A stretch of DNA of 64,000 bases from Elusimicrobiota bacterium (GTDB lineage: Bacteria; Elusimicrobiota; Elusimicrobia; UBA1565; UBA9628): positions 111,785 to 175,784 of the forward strand of contig JAHFCE010000003.1 in assembly GCA_023249675.1 (NCBI GenBank). Direction: 5' to 3'. The notes under the pieces were generated by a model. It had not been told where the DNA came from. It was given only the letters and a program-made list of their open reading frames with translations, and did not search any database. Positions 38,001 through 47,036 of this stretch are shown here, one piece after another (positions within the stretch are counted from its first letter, which is position 1; each line of letters begins with the position of its first letter). The position numbers and the translations under genes were made by a program.

Positions 38001-38629
38001 ACGAGAGGAATCTTGGTGCGGCGGTTGAGTTCGAGCAGGGCCTGCGTCACCTGCTTCTGCTTGTCGATGCCGTGGTCCATGATCTCGAGGTAGTAGCTCT
38101 CGGGCTCAAGGTTGTCGCGAAACCACGTGACGAGCTTTTCGGATTGGGCCAAATCGCCGGACAAAATCGACTGGTTCAATTCGGATTTTAAGCATCCGGA
38201 CAAAACGACAAGGCCTTTGGAGTGTTTGGCGAGCAGCTCTTTGTCGATGCGGGGGTCGTAATAATAGCCTTCCTGGAACGCGATCGAGCACAGCTCCATC
38301 AGGTTCTGGTAGCCCTCGAAGTTCTTGGCCAGGACCGTGAGGTGGCAGTTCTCTTTCTGGCTATGGCCGCGGTCGAAACGCGTGCCCTTCGAGATGTACA
38401 TCTCGCAGCCGATGATCGCCTTGAGGCCGACGGCTTTCGCGTTCGAGTAGAACTCGACGGCGCCGTACATGTTGCCGTGGTCGGTGAGCGCAAATCCCTT
38501 GGCGCCCGCGGCGGCCAGGTCCTTGAGCGCCTGCGACGGCCGCCCGTCCTTGTCGGACAGGCGGATGACCCCGTCCATCAGGGAATATTCGGAGTGGTTG
38601 TGCAGGTGGACGAATTCGGGCTTTGACAT
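35096..38629 (-). CDS. dnaE: DNA polymerase III alpha subunit
   Basis: 'FVHLHNHSEYSLMDG' is the PHP domain start, and polIII alpha finger motifs are present. The start is taken at ATG 38629. Confidence 0.9.
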   Translation of the reverse strand: MSKPEFVHLHNHSEYSLMDGVIRLSDKDGRPSQALKDLAAAGAKGFALTDHGNMYGAVEFYSNAKAVGLKAIIGCEMYISKGTRFDRGHSQKENCHLTVLAKNFEGYQNLMELCSIAFQEGYYYDPRIDKELLAKHSKGLVVLSGCLKSELNQSILSGDLAQSEKLVTWFRDNLEPESYYLEIMDHGIDKQKQVTQALLELNRRTKIPLVATNDCHYWKPADHDAHDARVCIATGRKLADTERLKFDSHEFYIKSPEEMHKLFSFSPESLSSTLKIAEMCHLQIPMDQMLLPEFKVPEGFTQDTYLEHLCLEGLKERFKAGVRPDYKERLEYELGVIRRMGFSGYFLIVWDFIKYARSVGIPVGPGRGSGAGAIVAYALRITNADPLEHRLLFERFLNPDRKSMPDLDIDFADTGRDRVIAYVREKYGKECVAQIITFGSLGAKLVIRDVGRVLDMPLMQVNEIAKKIPIGPNVHLHEAMQGPELQELAKDPQVKRLLDLALKLEGLKRHTGVHAAGTLITKEPVVRYTPLAKGAKSDVVTTQYDGDVCPKLGLLKVDFLGLRTLSIIDDAVKFIIKRGNADFVIDEIPMNDPKTFDMLRTAKALAVFQLDSQGMRDLLFRIKPTVFDDIVSLIALFRPGPMQSGMLDMFVDRKHGREAVKYDHPLLEAVLKDTYGCMVFQEQVMEIAKKLAGFTPGEADGLRKAMGKKIAEDLEKMRDKFVKGAAANKVSPKLANKIYDMMVKFGGYGFNKSHSVAYGLVAYQTAYLKANYPIEFMTAVLTSEIGHSSIGAEDKENKLVTYLDEARRMGLVVLPPDVNLSETCFDIQNNEIRFGLLAIKNVGSGAAESIVKAAREKRFVSLEDFCARVDLHAVNKKAVESLIKAGSLDGLRPGEPAPAARARLLLAVDEAVSRQQKVRADLDKGQGLLFGASAPPAAKDSFTAGGTLIKPLSEHDTLAFEREVLGFYFSGHPLLSVKAQLKAAATHEVSQLTPATTTPVRLAGMISKMRKMVSKKTGEPWVIITLEDLTGELILLCFPKTYASGANNLAKIGAFVAVTGRVSFKGEDAGASTPELIVDEIAPLDSSAAQFAKRLRLKCDATVGTEKLEALRDVLDRFEGPCPVALEQETSEGTAVLDLDQRVNLNQALFEAIEAILGERSWNIDASGAPAVRAPRK

Positions 38630-38684
38630 GGAACCGCTGCGGAGAGGCATCATACCAAAAGCCGCTTTGCTACAATGCGGCGCG

Positions 38685-39224
38685 ATGAGAAAGGGCGATA
38701 AGGGCCTGATCGAGACATTCGTCAGCAAAAAAACGGTCTGGCGCGGCAGGGCGGTCAACTTCGATGTCGACACCGTGCGGCTTCCGAACGGAAAACTTGC
38801 GACTCGCGAGTACATCTCTCATCCCGGCGCTGTCGGCGTCGTGCCCTTTCTCAACCGCGATACGATCGTCATGGTTCGCCAGTATCGTCATCCTGTCGGC
38901 GAGGTGACGCTCGAGCTTCCCGCCGGCAAGATCGATCCGCGCGAGTCCATCCTTGCCTGCATCAAGCGCGAACTCGCGGAGGAAACCGGCTACACCGCCC
39001 GCGCCTTTAGGCCGCTGATCCGATATTGGCCGACCCCGGCCTTCGCCAACGAAGTCCTGCATTTGTACGTCGCGACGGGTCTCAAGGCAGGCCGCGTGAA
39101 CACCGATGCGGATGAGTTTCTCGAGGTGGTCAACGTGCCTTTCCGGCGGGCCCTCGAGATGGTGCGCCGCGGCAAGATTCGGGACTCAAAAACCGTCGTG
39201 GGCTTGCTCGCCTGCGCCGTCTAG
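38685..39224 (+). CDS. NUDIX hydrolase (ADP-ribose pyrophosphatase-like)
   Basis: Nudix box 'GKIDPRESILACIKRELAEETG'. A TACAAT -10-like box lies about 9 nt upstream of the chosen ATG. Confidence 0.75.
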   Translation: MRKGDKGLIETFVSKKTVWRGRAVNFDVDTVRLPNGKLATREYISHPGAVGVVPFLNRDTIVMVRQYRHPVGEVTLELPAGKIDPRESILACIKRELAEETGYTARAFRPLIRYWPTPAFANEVLHLYVATGLKAGRVNTDADEFLEVVNVPFRRALEMVRRGKIRDSKTVVGLLACAV

Positions 39225-41255
39225 ATGAAGCCTGAAGAAATCCAGACGTGGGAGTCCTTCCTCAAGCGAACGCCCTTGTTCGCGGGCCTGTCGGCTGAGG
39301 ACTTGGGCAAGCTTGCCTCGCGTCTGCAGCTGCTGTCCCTGCCGAAGGGCGCGACTTTGTTCAAGCAAGGCGGCGAGTCCGACGCGCTGTACCTGATCGT
39401 CTCGGGCCATGCGCGCCGCTACCGCCTGACCGATGGGCGCGACGCGCTGGTGGCCTATCTCGGCCGCGGCGACATCGTCGGAGAGACGGGCCTGCTCACG
39501 AGCGCGCCGCGCTCTTCGACCGTTCGCGTGGACGCAACCAGCGAGCTGCTGAAGCTGCCGCGCAAGGATTTCGAAGACGTCCTGCGCGAACACCCGACCA
39601 TCCTGCGGCACCTGTCGCGCACGCTCGCCCACCGCCTCATCGAGGGCGGCCAGTCTTCGCCGCGCCCTTCTTCCGAGCAGGCCCGTCTCGTGGCGCTTGA
39701 CTGCGCTTTGCCGCGCAGCGAGCGGGCCTTGATCTCCTGGCGTCTTGGCGCCGAGCTGGCGGCGCAGACCCGGAAAAAAGTTCTTATCGTGGACCTGGCG
39801 GTCGAGCCCGGCGACATCGCGCGCGCCGCCGGCCTCAAGCCTTCGCCCGTGACCGAGACCGAGCTGCGCGGCGCGAATTTGCGCGACCCCGCCGCGCTGG
39901 CGGCGATGGCGCAGGAGCATCCATCGGGCGTGCGCGTTCTGTCGGTCTCGCCCGCCGCGCTCGGCGGCCGCCTGTTCAGCCAGCTGTACCTGTTCCTGAA
40001 CGCCGTGCGCGATAGCCACGAACTCGCCTTGCTGTGCTTGGGAGGGCCGCGCGGCGATGTCGAACGCGCAGCGCTCACCGAGGCCGATCTGATCCTGATG
40101 GCCGGCTGCGACGCGATGCGCCCGCAGTACCGCCACATGGAAGTCGAGGTGCCGCCGCTCGCTGAGGAGTCGCGCCGCCTCTTGAGGCTGTGGATCGGAG
40201 ATCTCGAACCCGAGGACGCTCCGCTGCTCATCGGAGCTGAGCGCGTCCTCGTGCCGTGGAGCGAGGCCGCGACCGAGGCCTATGAGCGCGACGGCGAGGC
40301 TGACGCCGCTTTCGCCCTCGAGCCGAAGGCGGCGAAAACGCTCGGCCGCCTGGCGCGTCGCATCGGCGGCGTCCAAGTGGGTCTGGCGCTGGGCACGGGC
40401 GCAGCGCTCGGCCATGCGGCGATCGGCGTGCTGAAAGTATTGAAACGCGAGGGCATTCCGGTGGATCTCATCGCCGGCACCTCCATGGGCTCCCTGATCG
40501 GGGGTTGCTATGCCGCCGGCTATGAGCCAGAGGAAATCGAGGAGCTTGTCCTGCGCATCGACAAGTCCTGGGTGTATGAGAATCTGTTCTGGGACCTCAC
40601 GATCCCGCGCTCGGGCTTCTTCGCGGGCGATACGATGCTGCGTTTTATCCGCTCTTACATGGGCTCGCGCGAGTTCGGCGACATGGACATTCCGTTCGCT
40701 TGCGTGGCCGCCGATATCGAGACCGGGGAGGAGGTCGTCCTCCGGCACGGCCGCGTTGCCGAGGCAATTCGCGCTTCGTGCGGCCTCCCCCTGATTTTTG
40801 AGCCGACCCAGCTGTCCGGGCGCTGGCTCGTTGACGGAGGCCTCGTCAATCCGGTGCCGACGCGCGTCATCGCCGATATGGGCGCTGACATCCTGCTCGC
40901 GGTCAACCTGACCTTGCCCGCCGGCGAGCGCAAGACGTCGGTGCACGAACGCCACAGTCGGCGCCTCTTGGATCAGCCGTTGTCATTGGAGACCTTGCGC
41001 CAGGCGGCGTTGCCCGTGCTGCCCAAGGCTTTCCGCGCGCCCAATTTTCTCGAGGTATTCTTCCAGATGATCTACACGATGGAGTACGAGGTGGCGCAGT
41101 CGCGTCTGGATTTGGCGCATGTGACCATGTTCCCCGATTTGAAGGGCTTCTCATGGACCGAGCTACATCGCGCCGGCGAGATCATTCGCGCGGGTGAGCT
41201 CGCGGCGGAAGAGGCGTTGCCGCGTCTTAAGGCCTTGATTCCCTCTCGACGTTGA
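39225..41255 (+). CDS. Cyclic-nucleotide-binding domain fused to a patatin-like phospholipase
   Basis: The N-terminal CAP-family cNMP-binding fold reads 'GGESDALYLIVSGHAR...GETGLL'. The C-terminal patatin has 'GLALGTGAALGHAAIGV', 'GTSMG' and 'VDGG'. Confidence 0.8.
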   Translation: MKPEEIQTWESFLKRTPLFAGLSAEDLGKLASRLQLLSLPKGATLFKQGGESDALYLIVSGHARRYRLTDGRDALVAYLGRGDIVGETGLLTSAPRSSTVRVDATSELLKLPRKDFEDVLREHPTILRHLSRTLAHRLIEGGQSSPRPSSEQARLVALDCALPRSERALISWRLGAELAAQTRKKVLIVDLAVEPGDIARAAGLKPSPVTETELRGANLRDPAALAAMAQEHPSGVRVLSVSPAALGGRLFSQLYLFLNAVRDSHELALLCLGGPRGDVERAALTEADLILMAGCDAMRPQYRHMEVEVPPLAEESRRLLRLWIGDLEPEDAPLLIGAERVLVPWSEAATEAYERDGEADAAFALEPKAAKTLGRLARRIGGVQVGLALGTGAALGHAAIGVLKVLKREGIPVDLIAGTSMGSLIGGCYAAGYEPEEIEELVLRIDKSWVYENLFWDLTIPRSGFFAGDTMLRFIRSYMGSREFGDMDIPFACVAADIETGEEVVLRHGRVAEAIRASCGLPLIFEPTQLSGRWLVDGGLVNPVPTRVIADMGADILLAVNLTLPAGERKTSVHERHSRRLLDQPLSLETLRQAALPVLPKAFRAPNFLEVFFQMIYTMEYEVAQSRLDLAHVTMFPDLKGFSWTELHRAGEIIRAGELAAEEALPRLKALIPSRR

Positions 41256-42816
41256 CGAGGGACAGGTGCGCGCCCTCGAGATCGCCCGAGGCGATCTGGC
41301 CGAAAATCGCCGTGAAGCACGACAGCCTGCGGTGGCGGCCCGCGACCTTGCGTCCGTATGACGTGGACTTCGCGTATGTGACGATCACATCATCGAGGAT
41401 CTCGCGCCAGCGGGGTTGCTTGAATGAGTTCTCGGCCACCCGGTAGGCAACCAGGCGATAATCAGACATGTCGCGTGAGAGATCGCGGCGCAGGCCGCGG
41501 CTTTCGGCCATCCTCTTCTCGATCGCGGCGATCTGTGAGAGCCATCCATCGGACCGCAGGGCGTCGAGCGATTGGCGGGCGTTCTCTTTGAGCTTGGCCA
41601 GGCGCTCCTCGTAGGACTCTCCGCGGCGTTTGTAGGATGCGCGGACGGCGGCGGCGGCCGGCGCCGCGGCGATGACGGCGAGCAAGTCAGCAGTGAGGAA
41701 TCCTTCTTCGGATTCGATGCGTGCGAGCTCCTCTTCCAGCGACGCCACGGTGAGCCAGCGCGCGGCCTCGCGTTGGCGGACGGAGAGTTCGATGAGAAGG
41801 GTCTTGGTGATTTGATTCGGGTCCTTGCTCTTCTCGGCGGCGGCTGCGAAGGAGGCGAGCGCCGACTTGGCCCGGTCGACCGCGGCGGCGCGTGCGATGA
41901 AGCGCTGCGATAATTTGTCCGCCGAGGTCTTGGCGAGCAGACGCGTCTCAAGGCCCGGGTCCTGCATGTCCTGTGCGGTCAGCTGGACCCCGCCCAACGT
42001 CGCAAGCTCGGCGAGGCGCGCGCGGCGCAGGCGCTCCTCGAGGTTGACGAGGTCATACGTGAGGCCGTACGTGGGATAGGACAGGGTCGCGTGGTCGAGT
42101 TTGCCGGTTTCGATCAGCTTCGGCGCGCCTGGGGGGCGGCGCGCGTTGAGCGCGCTCTGCAGGGACATCAGTTGGGGGGAGTAGCCGCGGATGTTACCGG
42201 CGGAGAGGCGGTCGTAGAATGAGCTCGCGAGCGCGGCGCTTGCCGAGGTATCGGAGGAGGCCTTGCCTTCGGGCGCCTGTGCCGCGATGACCTTCTCGCC
42301 TTGCGAACCCCTGCCCTCGAACAGGCTGCGGAGAAGTTCGCGCTTCTCCTCCTCGCCGGTCTGCTGGTCGGGGCTGCCCATGAGCTTTGACGTCTTCGCC
42401 GCACCCTTGAGCACGCCGAAGGCGCCGCGATCGGTGTTGTTGCGCTGGAAGGTTTGCTTGATGCGCTTGACCACGGTGTTCTCAAAGAGGTGCGTGCCGT
42501 CGGCCTCATCCTTGGCGAGACCGAGCGCAATCTCGGCGGCTGGGCCGAGGTCGCCCTGCACCCAGGCGCGGATGTCGGAGCGTTTTTTCTGGTCGTCGCG
42601 CTCCTCGCTGATGGCGCGCGCGATTTTCGACCGTAGAATGCGGTCGACGAGAGCCTCCTGAAGGCCGGGGTCGCTTTCGAGTTGTCGACGCATGTCGGCG
42701 ATGGCCTCGGAGCGGTCGCCCTCGACCGCGGTTCCTGCGGGTGTCGAGCTCGGTTCGCCGTCGTCGGCACGTAACACAGGGGTGAAGAGAAGGATCGTGA
42801 GGAGGGCCGTTCTCAT
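41227..42816 (-). CDS. Hypothetical secreted alpha-helical protein
   Basis: Signal peptide with helical low-complexity content. It is the last gene of the HK-TldD operon. Confidence 0.45.
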   Translation of the reverse strand: MRTALLTILLFTPVLRADDGEPSSTPAGTAVEGDRSEAIADMRRQLESDPGLQEALVDRILRSKIARAISEERDDQKKRSDIRAWVQGDLGPAAEIALGLAKDEADGTHLFENTVVKRIKQTFQRNNTDRGAFGVLKGAAKTSKLMGSPDQQTGEEEKRELLRSLFEGRGSQGEKVIAAQAPEGKASSDTSASAALASSFYDRLSAGNIRGYSPQLMSLQSALNARRPPGAPKLIETGKLDHATLSYPTYGLTYDLVNLEERLRRARLAELATLGGVQLTAQDMQDPGLETRLLAKTSADKLSQRFIARAAAVDRAKSALASFAAAAEKSKDPNQITKTLLIELSVRQREAARWLTVASLEEELARIESEEGFLTADLLAVIAAAPAAAAVRASYKRRGESYEERLAKLKENARQSLDALRSDGWLSQIAAIEKRMAESRGLRRDLSRDMSDYRLVAYRVAENSFKQPRWREILDDVIVTYAKSTSYGRKVAGRHRRLSCFTAIFGQIASGDLEGAHLSLVNVERESRP

Positions 42817-43559
42817 TTCCGCGCCCCATTTTTTTCCGTTGATGTTGACGTTTCCGTTTCAAAAGAGAACACGTCCCGCCTTCCCGAACGCACCACCCCA
42901 TCGTCGCCGATGCGGGCCAGCCCGAGCGTTAAATCCGAGGTCTCAATGTCCTTGCGCGTCTTCGTCCACAGATCAAAAAATGAATGCGTGTCGCTCTTGT
43001 CGGGCACGTTCCAGCGCGCGACCGCGTAGCGGCCTCCGGGTGTGAGAGCGAGGCTCACGAGGCGGGGGAAGGGCCCCGCCTGCAGCTGGGAGCCGCCCGT
43101 CCAGTCGCGCGCCTCGACGGACCACGACTCATCGACATGGCACGCGATCAGGATAACCTTCGAGTCGTTTGAAAATACGACGGGATCGCCTTTCTCCGGC
43201 CAGTCGACCGCGTCGTGGCTCCACAGCGTCTGTCCCGTTGAGCCGTGGATCTTGAGCACGCGGTGGGACTCGAGCAGTTTGCTTCGCGAGGGGCTCCAGG
43301 TGAGCTTGCGCTCAAGCGTCCAGGCCGCGCGCCCGTCCGGGGACGGGCCGCCGAGGACCTCGCGCGTGACGGTGCTGCTCTCCTCGCGCACTAGGCCAAT
43401 TTCGAAGACGAGGGCGCCCGCGGCGTCATAGAGCACAAGCGACTTGCCCTGTTTCGACCAGCCCGGCGTCGAGCGCGGTACGACCATCTCAGGCAGTGCG
43501 AGCACCTCCGCCGCGGAGGTGGGAAGCGCGAGCGCTGCGGCGAGCAGAGCGGCGATCAC
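42813..43559 (-). CDS. Hypothetical secreted beta-rich protein
   Basis: Signal peptide; Trp/Ser-rich beta strands. 4-bp overlaps with both neighbours. Confidence 0.45.
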   Translation of the reverse strand: MIAALLAAALALPTSAAEVLALPEMVVPRSTPGWSKQGKSLVLYDAAGALVFEIGLVREESSTVTREVLGGPSPDGRAAWTLERKLTWSPSRSKLLESHRVLKIHGSTGQTLWSHDAVDWPEKGDPVVFSNDSKVILIACHVDESWSVEARDWTGGSQLQAGPFPRLVSLALTPGGRYAVARWNVPDKSDTHSFFDLWTKTRKDIETSDLTLGLARIGDDGVVRSGRRDVFSFETETSTSTEKNGARK

Positions 43560-43981
43560 TTCGGCGCGGCCTCATCTGGCGGGACGGGAACGACGAATAT
43601 TTTCCCCTTCACGCGCGTGAACGCACGCACTGTCCAGGGACGAGAGATGACCTGGGTTGTGAAGCCGGTTGGGGTCTTGATCTTGTAGCGCACGGTCAGG
43701 TCCATGCCCCTGGGGATCGGTTTGAGGAACTCGACGGTGTAGCCGCCGGTCGGGCGCTCGCCCGCGAACACCGCGACGGCGAAATGAGTCTTGAAGTTGA
43801 GAGGGGGCGCGTCCTGGCCGAGCGTGCGCCACAGGCGCGTCCAGGCTCTCGCGTCGGCGGCGACCTCGGCGCCGGCGTCGATCGGGCCGCCGTGCTGTCC
43901 CTTCCACTCCAGGGTCTTCTCCACTTGCTTTGCGTGCGCGGGGCTCGCGCACAGAATTGCCGCGATCATCCAATTAATCAT
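43556..43981 (-). CDS. Hypothetical secreted protein, possibly PrcB_C-like
   Basis: Probable start at 'MINWMIAAILCASPAHA'. The segment 'FAVAVFAGERPTGGYTVEF' resembles the PrcB C-terminal domain consensus; this is from memory and not verified. Confidence 0.4.
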   Translation of the reverse strand: MINWMIAAILCASPAHAKQVEKTLEWKGQHGGPIDAGAEVAADARAWTRLWRTLGQDAPPLNFKTHFAVAVFAGERPTGGYTVEFLKPIPRGMDLTVRYKIKTPTGFTTQVISRPWTVRAFTRVKGKIFVVPVPPDEAAPK

Positions 43982-45353
43982 GACTGCCCCCCACGATGAG
44001 TTTGGGCATGCGGATCGTGGGCTGGCCATCGCTGACCGGAACGTTTTGCCCCTCTTTACCGCAGACGCCGATACCCCAGCCGATGTCCCAGCCGACGCGA
44101 TCGATCGAGCGTAGGGCTTCGGGCCCGACGCCGAGCAGGTTCGCGTCGCGCACGAGGTGCTTGACGGCTCCGTTCTCGATGCGCCAACCTTCGTCCACTT
44201 CGAAGACGAACTCGCCGCTCGCGGTGTCCACTTGGCCGCCGCCCATGCGCGTGACGAGCAGGCCGCGCTGAAGCTCCTTGATGATCCTGGCCGGATCGTC
44301 CTTGCCGGGCGCGATGTAAAGGTTCGACATGCGCGGGATCGGGCGCGCGGCGAAGGATTCGCGGCGTCCGTGCCCGTTTGAGGCGCGGTTCTCGCTCAGG
44401 GCCGTGGCGCGATCATACAGAAAGTCCGTGAGGACCCCATTGCGCACGAGCTCGGTCGCCCGCGCCGGCACGCCCTCGTCGTCGAACGCAAACGAGCCGC
44501 GCTGGAACGGCAAAGTGGGGTCGTCGACGACGGTGATCGTCTCGGGTGCGACGATCTTGCCCCGCATGCCCCGGTACGCGGGCGAGGAGCCCTCCTGGAC
44601 GTGGTCCGCCTCGAGTGAATGGCCGATGGCCTCATGGATGAAGGTGCCGCCCGCCGCCGCGGCGAGGACGACCGCCATCTCGCCGGCCTTGGCTTTAGGC
44701 GCATCGAGTTTGGCGAGCGCGCGCGCCGCGGCCCGGCGCGCGGCCTTGAGCGCCGCCCCGTCATCGAACACCTCAAAGCCGCGCTGTGCGCCGATGACCT
44801 CCATGCCGGTCTGCAGAATTCCGTCGCGCTCGGCGACGACGGAGACCAAGAGGCTGATCGACACGCGTCTTTGGACGATGTCGGTCCCTTCGGAATTGAG
44901 CAGGCGAGTGTCTTTTCTATGGTCGCTGTAGACGGCTGTCACTTGGCGCACAAGCGGGGAGAGAGACCGCGCGGCGCGGTCGATCCGGCTCAGCAGCGCC
45001 AGCTTATGCTCGAGCGGGACCGCCGCCGGATCGAGCCGGCACACGCTCGCGGCCGGGCGCGTCGCCGAAAACATGGGCCCGCGTTCGGGCGCGCCGGGCA
45101 GCAGCCGCTCGCGCAGGCGAGCTGCGGCGGCGGCCGACATGTCTTGCGCGCTGCCGAACAATGTTTCGACGCGGCCGCGGCCTCGCCGCAGGAGACGGAG
45201 TCCGAGGCCGCGCTCGTCGCTTGAGCCGATGTCGCGCACGGCTCTGTCCTCGAGCCGCGCGGTGGACTCGCGGGACTCCTCAAAGAAGACCTCACCGTAG
45301 TCGGTTCCGCAGAGAGCCGGGCCGTAGTCGTCGGCCCTGTCGCCAAGGCTCAC
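43974..45353 (-). CDS. tldD: TldD/PmbA-family metalloprotease
   Basis: 'HEAIGHSLEADHV' is the HExxxH motif and 'GGQVD' is present. The C-terminus is typical of TldD. Confidence 0.8.
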   Translation of the reverse strand: MSLGDRADDYGPALCGTDYGEVFFEESRESTARLEDRAVRDIGSSDERGLGLRLLRRGRGRVETLFGSAQDMSAAAAARLRERLLPGAPERGPMFSATRPAASVCRLDPAAVPLEHKLALLSRIDRAARSLSPLVRQVTAVYSDHRKDTRLLNSEGTDIVQRRVSISLLVSVVAERDGILQTGMEVIGAQRGFEVFDDGAALKAARRAAARALAKLDAPKAKAGEMAVVLAAAAGGTFIHEAIGHSLEADHVQEGSSPAYRGMRGKIVAPETITVVDDPTLPFQRGSFAFDDEGVPARATELVRNGVLTDFLYDRATALSENRASNGHGRRESFAARPIPRMSNLYIAPGKDDPARIIKELQRGLLVTRMGGGQVDTASGEFVFEVDEGWRIENGAVKHLVRDANLLGVGPEALRSIDRVGWDIGWGIGVCGKEGQNVPVSDGQPTIRMPKLIVGGSHD

Positions 45354-46885
45354 GCGTCTCTCTTGCGCGGCAAGGTCAGCGTGACGGTCGAACCCATGCC
45401 GAGCTTGGAGCTCAGGATCGCGCTGCCGCCGTGCAGCTCCGCGACCTTGCGCACGAAGGCGAGGCCCAGGCCCATGCCTTCCTGCTGGCCGGTAAAATCC
45501 TTCTCCACCTGATGAAAGCGGGAGAACACGCGCTCAAGCTCCTCCGGCGGCACGCCGGGTCCCGTGTCGGTCACCGTCACCGCGGCCCAGTCGCCTTGGG
45601 ACTCGGCGCGCAGCGCTATTGCCGGCGAATGCTTTACATTAAACTTGACCGCGTTGTCGATCAGGTTTTTGAGCGCCTCGACGACGAGCCGTTTGTCGCC
45701 CATGAGGATTAAACCGGTGGCGGTCGCCTCCACCGTCGCCTCGCGTTTGTCGATTTTTTCCTTAAGCGCCTCGAGTGCTTCCTTGATCGCCTCATCGAGC
45801 GAGAAAGGCTCCGGCTTGATTTGCGTGTCGGAGCTTTCGATGGTTGTGTAGCTAAGCAGCTTGTCGACGAGCTCGCTGACCTTGCCGCTCTGCGAGCGGA
45901 TCGCGCGCACGGCCTTGCTGATCGGTTGTTCGGTCTCCGCACCGAGCTCGCTGAGCAGAATGTCGGCAAAACCGGTCACGATCGCAAGCGGGGTGCGCAG
46001 TTTGTGCGAAATGAAGCTCAGAAACGTCCTCTTGAGCCTCTCCTGGCGGAAGCTTTCGGTGCGGTCACGGAACACGAATAGGCGCCCGTCGCTGTCGCCC
46101 AGGGGCGCGCGCGTCACGCGTCCCTCAAGGACGAGGAGGGTCGGATCTTTGCGTACCGCGGCAAAATCGAGCACCGGCCTATCGCCTGAGAACAGTTCGG
46201 GGATGGAGGGTGTGACCGCCATCGCGCTCAGACTCGCGACGAGATCCGTCAGCTCCGTTCCGAGAAGATGTGAGGCGGCCGCATTGGAGAGCAGGACCTT
46301 GCCTGCGGGATCCGTCAGGGCTGCGCCGTCGGTCATCTGCTCGAATACGGTCGCGAGCTTGAAGCGCTCCTCTTTGAGCGAGGAGAATAGCCGCGCGTTC
46401 TCAAGAGCGACCGCCGCTTGGGAGGCGAAAGCCTCGAAGGCGCGCAGGTCCGCGTCGCTGAAATCGCCGTCGCGCTTGTTGATGGCCTCGAGCACTCCGA
46501 CGAGGCGTCCTTTGATCAGCATCGGCACCGCCAGAATCGAGCGCGTGACGAACCCAGACTGCTCGTCTATCGCAGGCGACCAGCGCGGGTCTTCGCGCGC
46601 CACGTTGATGATCTCGGGCGCGCGGTTTTTGGCCACCGCCCCGGCGATGCCCTGGCCGAGCGGTAGGCGGATTTTTGTCGCATCGGGGCCGAGGCCTAAA
46701 GCCACGTCGAAGTAGAGTTCCTGGGTTTTCTCATCGAGCAGAAGGAGCGAGGCGCTTTCCGCCCCCACGACGTGAGTGGACAGCTCGAGTACCGCGGTCA
46801 GAAGTTCGCTGAGCTCGAGCTTAGAAGACAAGAGCCGTCCAACCTCGAGAAGCAGCTCCAACGTCTGCGCGTTCGTCGCGGGCAT
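45350..46885 (-). CDS. Sensor histidine kinase with N-terminal GAF domain
   Basis: A GAF domain is followed by a second sensory region, an H-box 'SHKLRTPL' and HATPase N/G boxes ('DNAVKF', 'DTGPGV', 'GLGL'). Confidence 0.8.
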   Translation of the reverse strand: MPATNAQTLELLLEVGRLLSSKLELSELLTAVLELSTHVVGAESASLLLLDEKTQELYFDVALGLGPDATKIRLPLGQGIAGAVAKNRAPEIINVAREDPRWSPAIDEQSGFVTRSILAVPMLIKGRLVGVLEAINKRDGDFSDADLRAFEAFASQAAVALENARLFSSLKEERFKLATVFEQMTDGAALTDPAGKVLLSNAAASHLLGTELTDLVASLSAMAVTPSIPELFSGDRPVLDFAAVRKDPTLLVLEGRVTRAPLGDSDGRLFVFRDRTESFRQERLKRTFLSFISHKLRTPLAIVTGFADILLSELGAETEQPISKAVRAIRSQSGKVSELVDKLLSYTTIESSDTQIKPEPFSLDEAIKEALEALKEKIDKREATVEATATGLILMGDKRLVVEALKNLIDNAVKFNVKHSPAIALRAESQGDWAAVTVTDTGPGVPPEELERVFSRFHQVEKDFTGQQEGMGLGLAFVRKVAELHGGSAILSSKLGMGSTVTLTLPRKRDA

Positions 46886-47036
46886 GTTTCGCTACCCTAC
46901 CAAATCTCCACCACGAGCGAAGTATAGGAGGAAGCTCCGGAGAGCGCAAGTCAGGGATGTTACAGCCCATTCGTCCCGACAACGGCCTGACGGGAGAATG
47001 GTATGATGGGCCCGGGAAAAACCTTAAGATCTCGAT

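Noticed and set aside
38621-38635. Possible alternative NUDIX start at the ATG (38628) sharing the CATG palindrome with the dnaE start
   Set aside because: It would add a 19-aa N-terminal extension (MEPLRRGIIPKAALLQCGA) that is not Nudix-like. The downstream ATG at 38685, preceded by a TACAAT box, is preferred, but the longer start cannot be excluded.
39186-40955. 589-aa minus-strand ORF
   Set aside because: Fully antisense to the well-supported cNMP-binding patatin gene, with a low-complexity Arg/Ala-rich product.
46886-47036. Imperfect inverted repeat (tcgtcccgacaacggcctgacgggag) in the divergent HK/DmpA intergenic region
   Set aside because: Stem is imperfect and short, so it cannot be distinguished from chance in GC-rich sequence. 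Noted only as the likely divergent promoter region.
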